Shown here: positions 51,048 through 64,000 of the stretch, in pieces
Numbering within the stretch: position 1 is the stretch's first letter
Layout of the letters: every line of letters starts with the position of its first letter
Assembly: GCA_964016885.1 (NCBI GenBank)
Contig: OZ024743.1
Coordinates: forward strand, 21,266,001-21,330,000
Direction of reading: 5' to 3'
Length of the DNA: 64,000 nt
Source of the DNA: Eledone cirrhosa
Taxonomy: Eukaryota
Made by a program: the position numbers and the translations under genes
Notes under the pieces: generated by a model
The model's input: only the letters and a program-made list of their open reading frames with translations
The model's database searches: none
What the model was told of the DNA's origin: nothing

Positions 51048-51050
<3 letters not shown>
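50362..51050. mobile_element. (TA)n-embedded PLE 3' fragment with inverted arms and compact hammerhead
   Basis: 50363-50472 inverted at 50862-50972; internal duplication 50498-50672 / 50675-50845 with an E..TIRRGTPNLN-like endonuclease tail. Confidence 0.8.
50910..50960 (+). ncRNA. Type I hammerhead ribozyme motif
   Basis: agcttc-CTGATGA-t-ttc(tcac)gaa-t-GAAA-cag(ttctagtc)ctg-TA-gaagct; mirror copy at 50375-50424(-). Confidence 0.8.
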
Positions 51051-53975
<2,925 letters not shown>

Positions 53976-54318
53976 TTGGTGCTCTGGAATAGCTATATAT
54001 GCTTTTAATTAAGCATACAGTGTATTGCAAAATACACTATATATACATTCATATATATATTATATATATATATAACGCCTAACTCATCCCATACTCGTGC
54101 CGCTAAAAATAGCACCCGGTTTTATGGGACTGAAATTAGCTCTACGTATGGAGCCGAGAATATTATATATAGAGTTATAAACTCAAAATAGTCTTTTACA
54201 ATTAAATAGCTCAAAGAAGGGAATATTTTCGAGCCGTGTAATACAAATGAATGCGTTCAACAACACATATCTCTCTGTCTCCTTAAGTATTTTGAAGTGA
54301 AACCTACCAATGTCTGGA

Positions 54319-54391
54319 TACCCGCAGAAGAGCACAGGAATAGTAACTTTCCCTTAATTGTTGCGAAACAAATTGAGACTTTGTCCGGGTA
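54319..54391 (+). ncRNA. Hammerhead motif with variant core, in a TA-flanked element (about 54075-54545) related to the 41734 family
   Basis: tacccg-CAGAAGA-gca...tgc-GAAA-caaa(ttgagac)tttg-TC-cgggta; downstream ttgatttattattttaaatcga shared with the 41860 and 42376 regions. Confidence 0.7.
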
Positions 54392-54540
54392 CCACCAATA
54401 TAGGTTTGTTTTTATTGATTTATTATTTTAAATCGAGACAGACAAACCGTATTATTTTCAATTAGTATTTTTCAACCTAGCTAACTTGGTCATTTGAACA
54501 TATGTATACTTGTATCAGTGTTCATCCCTATCATATATTC

Positions 54541-54638
<98 letters not shown>

Positions 54639-55002
54639 AGAAGAAGAAGAAGAATGTCTAAACGAGTTAAAATGTGGATTTTGAAATGACTTACGGTAAG
54701 AAAATGTTGCAATTTTTGCTGTATATTTAAAGACAACGTATTTATGTAAGCATCTAGAGCTTAGAGGGCAATCATCCGGGTTCTTTTACTGGTTTTAAAT
54801 ATTGGATAATCGGTATGAAAGAGCGAAGTGAAGGGACGTAACGGGTAAGTAGCAATATATGTGTGTGTGGTGTGTGTGTGTGTGTGTTAGTCCGTCTGTT
54901 TGTAATGAATGTAAGTGCATTTGTATGGATGTAATTGATGGCAAAAACAGCAAGACTGATTTAATACACGCAGTAGCATTGTCCCGAGGTAGAACATAAT
55001 TC

Positions 55003-55625
55003 GTGATTCAAATTGCTCAAGTTACGGAGTTTGTATATTTCGGTCACAAATTATCATCAAACAACAGTGGAATGGTTGCTGCGCAATATCGAATCACTTT
55101 AGGCTGGGCAGCTTTCAACAAGAACAAGGAAGTACTAACATCAAAACGAGTTTCCTATCATTTGAAGTCTAAGATCTTTGACACTTACACCCTACCAGCT
55201 GTGTTATATGGTCTTGACTGTGTTAATTGGACGACAAGCTTACTTCAGAAGCTCTCTACATTCCAGAACTACATCATGAGACTTATAACTGGCAAGCGGC
55301 TCAGCGACTGTATCTGTATCAGTGAGCTACTCAACATTACCAAACTTAGACCAATTACATCATTGTCAAGTCAAGAGTACTCAAACTATACGGTCATATA
55401 AAGAGATCAACTTGTGGTGTGAGTAGGTTATGCCTGGAAGGAAGGTTGGCTGGTAAGAGAAACAGAGGCCGGCAGCCAAAACGATGGCTTGACAATGTCA
55501 ACTTATGGACTGGACTTGATCTTTGCTCATTTAACTCTGCTGCTGTTGATCGAACTTTGTGGAGAGAGATATCACATGTTAATGTGCAGTCTGCAACTGG
55601 CGGAGTTTAGCGACACAAGAAGAAT
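55003..55625 (+). mobile_element. 3' fragment of an RTE-like LINE
   Basis: VTEFVYFG..RITLGWAAF..LPAVLYG..GKRNRGRQPKRWLDNV..DRTLWR. Confidence 0.85.
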
Positions 55626-55629
55626 GTGA

Positions 55630-55920
55630 TTCAAGTCGATCAAGACCGAAATTGTAATGAAGGGTCTGTGCTGTTAGGTAGAAATGAAGGGTGAACTGTG
55701 ATGTACTGTTGTTAAATCTGACATCTTTACATTGCTCGGTAAAACTATCTGCTAGTCTCCGACATGTTTGCCCTACATATAGTAAGCTACATAGTGGCAT
55801 TGTGTGCAGTAACTGGGGTTCTATGGGATGCAAAGTGAACGTTCAGCGATTGGTGGGATTAACCAAAAGGTACAGTAAAGGTATTGTGAGGGAATGGGCA
55901 GGTGTGACAATAGAGGTTGG
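55630..55920 (-). pseudogene. Degenerate GIY-YIG (PLE) fragment
   Basis: CSLLYVGQTCRRLADSFTEQ. Confidence 0.6.
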
Positions 55921-55999
55921 TTACTAATGATAATTAAAAATATATTCATTCATCTTAAAATTCTTCTTCTTCTTCTTCTTCTTCTTCTTCCTTCTATAT

Positions 56000-56330
56000 A
56001 TTCCTGGGGGTCGTAGGGGAAGAGTCGTCAAGCACTCCTTTAAGCAGGTTCCGTCAGAGACAACTGTCTACAATTGATCCGGCTGGATACAAGCGAGACA
56101 AACCGAGCTCATTGTTGTTTTCCAGCCATCTTGTTCGGGATCTGCCGGCTGGTTTTGCCTGTAAAATCTGTCCAATGTGTCTGTAAAATCTTCGGAAAAA
56201 ACCCTATTTCGGCAATTTGTATTCGCTCTCTTACTTCAGCCGAGACTTAGAGAAGCTGGATTCTTATAGAAATCCAGTAATATTTAAGAGCTGATTACAC
56301 AGAGCGATTGCCGGTCCAACAAAAATTAGA
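56000..56330 (-). mobile_element. Decayed RTE-like 3' end with (GAA)n tail
   Basis: Minus strand GKTSRQ/GRSRTRWLEN-like segment followed by gaa repeats. Confidence 0.4.
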
Positions 56331-56884
56331 TATTAGTATTGGTGCTCTGAAATAGCGATGTAAACATGAATGTATGTGTAGTATATTTGGCAATATACCG
56401 TATGTTTAATTGAAAACATTTTGAAGACCATTCGCTATCAGTTTTAAAGTAGTGACTATGTCAATACCAGTCACGAACTGGTATCGATTTAATCGACTTT
56501 ACCCTCCCCAAAAATTGCTAGCCTGGTGCCTAAATCAGAAACCATTATGCATGCCAATGTGACACAGTCAAATACTTCATCAACCTCCGTCGGGTCGCTT
56601 GAATGGTGTAAGACTCGAAATACCTAGTGACTCCAGGTTATACTGATGATGTGATCAGGTTTGATTCCAAGGGTGTATGAAGAACTTGTCTAATTATATC
56701 ATGGGATATGGTTAGCCTGCCGTTTTCGTATAGTCCGATGCTAGAAAAAGATTATTAGATCAAACATTTATTCCACATACCGAAATCACATGAGTTTGGA
56801 TAACAAATGTAATTCATATATTCTAACGGCATTATGAAAATGTCTACGAAACATCGCGAAAATTCCGAGTATCAACATTTATGT

Positions 56885-57126
56885 GTGTGTATGTATGTGT
56901 GTGAGAGAGAGCCGGATGCGTGTGTGTGTGAGAGAGAGAACCGGCGTGCACGTGTGAGAGCCAGCGTGCGTGTGTGTGTGACAGAGAGAGAGCCGGCGTG
57001 CGTGTGTGTGTGTGAGAGAGAGAGCCGGATGCGTGTGTGTGACAGAGAGAGAGCCGGCGTGTGTGTGAGAGAGAGAGAGAGAGCCGGCATGGGTGTGCGT
57101 GTGTGTGAGAGAGAGAGCTGGCATAC

Positions 57127-57157
<31 letters not shown>

Positions 57158-57230
57158 CCGGCATGGGTGTGTGTGTGTGAGAGAGAGAGAGCCGGCATGC
57201 GTGTGTGTGTGTGAGAGAGAGAGAGACGGC

Positions 57231-57261
<31 letters not shown>

Positions 57262-57370
57262 CCGGTGTGTGTGTGTATGTGTGAGAGAGAGAGCCGGCGT
57301 GTGTGTGTGTGTGTGAGAGAGAGAGCCGGCGTGTGTGTGTGTATGTGTGAGAGAGAGAGAGAGAGCCGGC

Positions 57371-57405
<35 letters not shown>

Positions 57406-57430
57406 CCGGCGTGTGTGTGTGTATGTGTGA
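56885..57430. repeat. Compound minisatellite [GCCGGC-(GT)n-(GA)n], about 17 units
   Basis: Recurrent gagagagccggcgtgtgtgt units of roughly 25-45 bp. Confidence 0.92.
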
Positions 57431-57514
57431 TTATATAAATAATTATACATGCATACGTTTAATGATCATACAGTTAACTTCATGTTGGAAATAGACCTCG
57501 CGAGTAAATAATGG

Positions 57515-57591
57515 ATCTCTCTCCTCTCTCACGCACACTTTCTCTCTCTCTCTCTCTCACGCACACACACATTCTCTCTCTCTCACGCACA

Positions 57592-57658
<67 letters not shown>

Positions 57659-57804
57659 GCACACATTCTCTCTCTCTTTCTCTCTCCTTCACGCACACAC
57701 ACAATCTCTTTCTCTCCCTTTCTCTCTCACGCACATACACAATCTCTCTCTCTCTCTTTCTCTCTCCCCCTCTCTCTCTCTCTCTCTCTCTCTCCCTCTC
57801 TCTT

Positions 57805-57848
<44 letters not shown>

Positions 57849-57850
57849 CG
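57515..57850. repeat. (CT)n microsatellite with cacgcacaca interruptions
   Basis: Direct reading. Confidence 0.95.
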
Positions 57851-58096
57851 TAAAATATACTGAAGGACAATTTCGCTAGTTTTGATGGCCTTTACTAGCT
57901 GATCAGAAGTGTTTGCTTTATTATTCTGGCGTTAAACCTGCCTCTCACGGGGTCATTAGAACTGATGGCCTGTGAGAAGCAGGTGTAACTCCAGAAGAAT
58001 AACAAAACTCATAATTAACACTTAATAAAAGGAATATTTAAACTCTATTTCGATATTGAGTACTCATTTCTCTCGGCCGTCAACTATATGCACACA

Positions 58097-58143
<47 letters not shown>

Positions 58144-58251
58144 CTGTGTGTGTGTGTATATATATATATATATGCGGTCATTCTAGCACTGACGGGGACC
58201 ATCGCCGAATATTAATATCAGTATGGTTTTTAATATTGATATTGCTGGGCA

Positions 58252-58359
58252 TCCACTGATGAGTTATAAGTGCCCACCTGGATTATATGCAGGCTTCTAC
58301 ATAACCTGGACATTATTTTCCCAATTTGTAGAAAACTTATAACGAAACGATCGTTTGGA
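58252..58359 (+). ncRNA. Type I hammerhead motif with large loop-2 insertion, in a TA-flanked insert (about 58174-58540)
   Basis: tcca-CTGATGA-gttataagt[about 63 nt]acttataac-GAAA-cgatcg-TT-tgga. Confidence 0.8.
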
Positions 58360-58561
58360 AGGAGAGATGTATTTAATTATGTCTCATATAAAATAATACA
58401 CCCGGCTATCTGCAAAATACAATATAGTTAGCACCCCAAACATATAATTAAGGTTATACTCAGGTATATCCTAATGTTTGTTGAGTGAGATGGATGTCGC
58501 TCGGAGTATTGCTTAAAGCTTTCTCTGTTAATGTAGTAAGTATATATATATATATATATAT

Positions 58562-58725
58562 ATAACGAAGGAAGTGTGGTAAGAAACCAGGTGGACGATA
58601 GCGCACCAGAGTACTCGATGGGTAGTAGAGTGGGTGATAGGAAAATAGTCAGGACCCCGACGGCTAGTTCTGAATTAGCTGTCAAAACGACCGGAGTTCA
58701 GTCGTGGGGTCCTGACTCTTTTCCA
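58562..58725 (-). mobile_element. Family G fold-back fragment in (TA)n
   Basis: Reverse complement of the family G 3' end followed by a partial inverted copy. Confidence 0.7.
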
Positions 58726-59999
58726 ATATATATATATATACGTGTGTGTACATACATATGTATGGTCAACACGGGGTTACAGTATAAAACGCGCAAGTTG
58801 TGGTACAGTGAAATCGGTTACGGACCATATAGTTGCTATGCACATTTCTTACCTGAATGTGTAATTTCATTATTACAATATATATATATATATATATAAT
58901 TTTTTTTTTTGTAGGGGTTCCCATCCTGTGGATCGGGACTCGGGAAGACGAGAAAAGCAGTTCAGCAGTCCTGAAGATATGGAATTGTGAAATATATTTG
59001 TATACGAGCTAAGTCAGAAACAGGACTTAGCTATGATTAGGATAGGGAATAGTGTGTTGTGTCACCGTGTGAGGTAATATCCCGAGAGTCTATAACTGCG
59101 ATCTCAGCTCTCTGTAGCCCGTGTTTGTTTTTTTTCCGTACCTTTCTTAACAGCTCCTCAATTTTAGGCTGTTAAGTGATGAACCAACCTGAAGTTTCTG
59201 GTCCAGGTGGGGAAAACTCCGTCAGAAGTACTCGGAATATTGCAGTAATTGTACGGAGATGAGAGGATGTCGCACTCATAGATTTTCGAGTGCCACAAAA
59301 AATTCAGAAAGGGATGAAAGGACGTAGATGACGACCCCAACATATAATTTAACTTGATATGTGAAATTGAGAAAGCGTGTTTGTTATTTAATAAAATCAC
59401 TTCGTTAAGTAGATAGACAGTTTAAAATCCTGGAGCCTATGGGGAAAATACTAAAAGAGATTCTTGATTGTGGAAATCTTGGGAACCACTGATATGTATA
59501 AATAATCATATACACTAAAATGTACACTAAAACATAAATACAAATAAGTATTTTAGAATTTGTCACAATAGATCGTTATTGATTTTGTACACGAGTACAA
59601 ATCTTTATAGATCGAATTGAACAAAGTATTTCATGCATTTCTCAAGAATTTTGACATTGTACTTAAAAGAAAATTATTTTTAAACGGGAATCGAACTCCC
59701 ACTATTCGTGTTATATCTAAGACTACATTATCTACCGTGATTTTAGGGAAATTTGATTGCTATTTCTAGCAGATTGAGCAATTACATGGATGCTTCCCCT
59801 TACATCCATGGACCCGTTTGTTCATTTGTTAATGTAGATAATCTCGGTGATTTATTTTTATGGGTATTTACATGTGTTAAGTTGCGACTGAACGTTTTGT
59901 GTTTGAATCTCTTCAAGGTCAACTTTGAATTTAACCCTCCTTGATCCATTTAATCTTCTAACTCCTTACCAAATATGTAGCCTGGTACGTACTTTAGAT

Positions 60000-60765
60000 A
60001 TCTTGGGGTGGTATATAAGCAGAATCGTTTGAGCTTCGGACTAAGTATTTGTTCCGGCTCCTTTCCGTTCTCAGTTAAAATCCCATTGAAGTTAACTTTG
60101 CCTTTCATACTATCGGGGTCGTTAAAATAATGTGCCAGTCAAGTACCTAATCGATTTTTCCCCAAAAAACTATTTCCCCAGAAATCATCATTATTATAAT
60201 TGTTTTAGGGCGGTGGATTGGTAGAGGGTCGGACCTCATGCTTTCCAGCATAGTTACGTGCCTTTACGATCTGAGTTCAAATCCCGCCGAGGTTAACTTT
60301 GCCTTTCATCCTTACGGGGTCGATAAAATAATGTACCAGTAATGCACTGGGTAATTGCTGGCCTTGTGCCTAAAGTAGAAACAATTATTATAATTACTGG
60401 TACATTATTTTATCGACTCCGTAAGGATGAAAGGCAAAGTTAACCTCGGCGGGATTTGAACTCAGATCATAAAGGGAGGTAACTCTATGCTTCAAAGCAT
60501 GGCGCCCGACCCTCTACCAATACTGCCAATTCAAGCAGATTTCTTCCAGAGAAGGATAGAGAGTCAATGAAAGAATGGAAGTGAGAAAGAGATAGAGGAA
60601 GAGTCAATCCCAGTACTAGACTGGGACTTTTGTCATCCATCCGACCTCGAATGGACGAAAGGTAAAGTTGACCTCGACGGTATCTGAACTCAGAGAGTTG
60701 AAACAAATACAGCAAAGAATTCTATCCGGCATTCTAATGATTCTGCCAATTCGCTGCCTTGGTGG
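60000..60765. mobile_element. SINE cluster
   Basis: Major-family copies at about 60000-60180(+), 60208-60390(+) and 60395-60530(-), and an older variant at 60540-60765(-). Confidence 0.8.
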
Positions 60766-61772
60766 AAGTAATAAGGGAGAAAAAAGGGTTAGACCCCAGC
60801 ACACTCAATCACACACCACATCATGCGACACGGGAGCATCAATATTTTTCGTAACTATTTTTAAGCTCGATTAAAGTGTTAGAATTGAATAAAAATTGAA
60901 TTTTGTAGTTTACGTTGTTGTTATCTTGGTTACTGAGGTTGATTCAAGTGTTCAGCACACACACACACACAAACACACACAAACACACACAAACACACAC
61001 ACACAAACAAACACACACAAACACAAACAAACACACACACACACACAAACACACACAAATACACAAACACACACAAAGACACAAAGACACACAAAGACAC
61101 AAACACACACACAGACACACACACACATACACATACACAAACATCTCTTAATCTGCTTTATCAGTGATTAATTTATGTAAATAAAAGGAATAAAATAAAG
61201 TAAAATGTTAAGAGAATATGAAATTTTACATTTACTTACGTTTTTATCCGTTCGTTATATATTAATGTATGTATATATATACATAAATATATATATATAT
61301 GATATATATAAATATATATGTAAGAAAATTTGTAATCTCAACACCCAATTGTTTTTTCTTATTTATAAGTCTTATTCCTTTTTAAACATATAATTTAAAC
61401 TAAAAAGAGCTGTTCAAATTGAAGGTGTGTGTGCATGTGTACATATATACATATATATACATATATGTGTGCAAGCATATATAAAAAGGTTCAAATTGTA
61501 TGTATGTGTATGTGCAAGCAGAGGTAAAGAAAGTTTCATTTGTCTGTAGAGAACAACGATGTTTCGGTAAAAGTCCAGGTGTTTTCTTGTATACTTTCTT
61601 ATATTGCACTGGGTTGTTTTCTTTTCGTTTTCTTTTATAAATGTTTGAACTAGATATGCTTAAAGTTGAAAATAAATAAATTTCAACTTGGCCATATCAA
61701 AGGAGGTCAGCTTACTCTTTGTCCTTTTTTTATTATTGTTAGCAGTAGTACTATTATTAATAAAATGAGGAC

Positions 61773-61822
<50 letters not shown>

Positions 61823-62391
61823 TTGTTTTCTTTACATTTCTATTGAAGACGGTGTAGGTGTCTAAAATGTGAGTGTGTGAGGGTGTGGCGTGTTATAAAA
61901 CTATATTTAAAATATAACATATGACTATATGTGTGGTGTATATAAATATATATATATATATATATATAGGGGTAAATATCTGTCTATGTGTATGTACGAA
62001 TGTGCAAATGTGTGTCGTATGCTTCTGCCGGATTTTTTTTAAGTAGGTGTGAATGTGTATAATTATATTTCGCCAGGTAAACATATATGTGTGTGTATGT
62101 GTGTGTGTGTGTGTGTGTGTTTAAATGTGTATATGTAGCAATCTTCAACAGGTATCTATTTATGTAAATGTATTCACATCACAATAACTGTTTGTGAGAG
62201 TGTATGTTTCAGTTAAATTGTCATTGCTCCTTCGCGACAATTTTACCTCAGATATATTTAAGCACATAGTTAAAAGCACTCATTTGTGACGAACAATTCG
62301 TCCAATACAACTTTATACATATTACTCTCCCACACCACATTGCTGTTAATACTTTTTCATTTCTTCTTTCTTTCTTTTACCCCACCCCCTC

Positions 62392-62452
<61 letters not shown>

Positions 62453-62476
62453 ATATATATATATATATATATATAT

Positions 62477-62680
62477 AAGTAGGTTCAGGACCCCGACGGC
62501 AGAGTTCAAGCCATTTCGACGGCTATTTCTGGACTCGTCCAGAATTAGCCATCGAAACGGCTTGAGCCCTGCCGTCGGGGTCCTGAACCTATTCCTATTA
62601 CCCACTCTGCTACCCAAAGTATCGAGTACTCTGGTGCGTTATGGTCCACCTGGTTCCTTACCACACTTCCTTCATTATAT
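62477..62680. mobile_element. Family G fold-back element in (TA)n
   Basis: 62479-62533 inverted at 62537-62592; GAAA-cggc(ttgagccct)gccg-TC-ggggtc. Confidence 0.8.
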
Positions 62681-62689
62681 ATATATATA

Positions 62690-63026
62690 TATGGTGGATG
62701 GGTGCTACACGAGAATGCTGAGGATGGCTCTGAACATTAATCAGTATACACTGAGGATGAAAAACTCAGAGTTGTATGAGAGCCTCCCAAAAGTCCGCTC
62801 AAAAGTGACACAGAGGAGACTGAGGTTAGCTGGACATGCTCACCGACATCCAGAGTTGATATTGCACTCAGTGCTCCTGTGGGATCCCCTACATGGACAC
62901 ATTGGAAGAGGAAGACCGAAGGACAGACACTGGTCTGTTGGAGACTCAGGATATGGCAGCGATAATGAGGGACAGAGACCGCTGGAGAGAACTCGTCCAT
63001 GGATCTCGGGAATTTTACCCGCCCTA

Positions 63027-63028
<2 letters not shown>
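62690..63028 (+). mobile_element. 3' fragment of an RTE-like LINE
   Basis: DGCYTRMLRMALNI..NSELY..RRLRLAGHAHRH..VLLWDP..GRGRP. Confidence 0.8.
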
Positions 63029-63122
<94 letters not shown>

Positions 63123-63189
63123 GTAATAATAAATTTTAAGACTAAAATCCAAGCACCGATTTTTGCTTAAACTTTAATCTGTTATTTTA

Positions 63190-63223
<34 letters not shown>

Positions 63224-63232
<9 letters not shown>

Positions 63233-63729
63233 GGGAGTCCTTCATCAGTGACCCTCCAACCGTCCCAGGCATTTCATCGCTTTAAGGGCCATATACCTCA
63301 GGTTGGTGCGAACAACGGCTAAAAAAAGTCGTTGGGACACGTAAATAAAGAGAACGTTAGGGTGAACAAACAAAATGGTTTAAGCAACAGAAAGTGAGAG
63401 GAAAGAGACAAGTCCCAGATTTCTATGAATATAAACTCGATAAAATCGTGAACTACTACTCTAGTAGTTCACGATTTTATCGCGTTTATATTCATAGAAA
63501 TCTGGGACTTGTCTCTTTCCTCTCACTTTCTGTTGCTTAAACCATTTTGTTTGTTCACCTTAACGTTCTCTTTATTTACGTGTCCCAACGACTTTTTTTA
63601 GCCGTTGTTCGCACCAACCTGAGGTATATGGCCCTTAAAGCGATGAAATGCCTGGGACGGTTGGAGGGTCACTGATGAAGGACTCCCCCCTTTTTTATAT
63701 GTAACCCATTTGCAACGCCGCAGCTCCAT

Positions 63730-63733
<4 letters not shown>
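63224..63733. mobile_element. Family B near-perfect fold-back element (about 235 bp arms) in (TA)n
   Basis: 63224-63458 inverted at 63462-63698; right arm continues to the fixed family B end. Confidence 0.88.
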
Positions 63734-63807
<74 letters not shown>

Positions 63808-63828
63808 GTGTGTGTGTGTTTAAGTGAG

Positions 63829-63876
<48 letters not shown>

Positions 63877-64000
63877 TTTTGAGTTTATGTTGGTTGTATA
63901 CCAACACCTTAGTATGCAGGCTGGAGCACTCGACGAAGTGCGCAGGTTGGTTTGGTTACGCCGGAGTAGTGTAAAACAAAGTTAAATAAAAGTCAAATGA

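Noticed and set aside
62286-63170. 294-aa ORF
   Set aside because: Read-through of microsatellites, a family G hairpin and an RTE fragment

Overview
AT-rich, microsatellite-dense eukaryotic DNA; the SINE and LINE content suggests an octopus (inference). The only clear host coding sequence is one minus-strand exon (16222-16588) of an SLC5 sodium:solute symporter (SLC5A8/SMCT/SMVT type), so most of the window is intronic or upstream DNA. Mobile DNA includes a near-intact RTE LINE ORF (2793-5816), a 5'-truncated Penelope-like element (PLE; RT + GIY-YIG) with an inverted copy of its own 3' end (52100-53940), Tx1, RTE and CRE-like fragments, four non-autonomous Helitron-like elements, a hAT-type MITE and many tRNA-derived SINEs including a six-copy tandem array. 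The most notable signal is at least ten unrelated families of short, mostly non-coding elements inserted in (TA)n tracts, built as partial direct repeats and/or fold-back inverted repeats. Most carry a type I hammerhead ribozyme motif folded here by eye (stem I-CUGANGA-stem II-GAAA-stem III-UH), several with large loop-2 insertions or variant cores. They look like a diverse population of PLE pLTR-derived or retrozyme-like elements. Repeat boundaries are approximate and no structure was computed.
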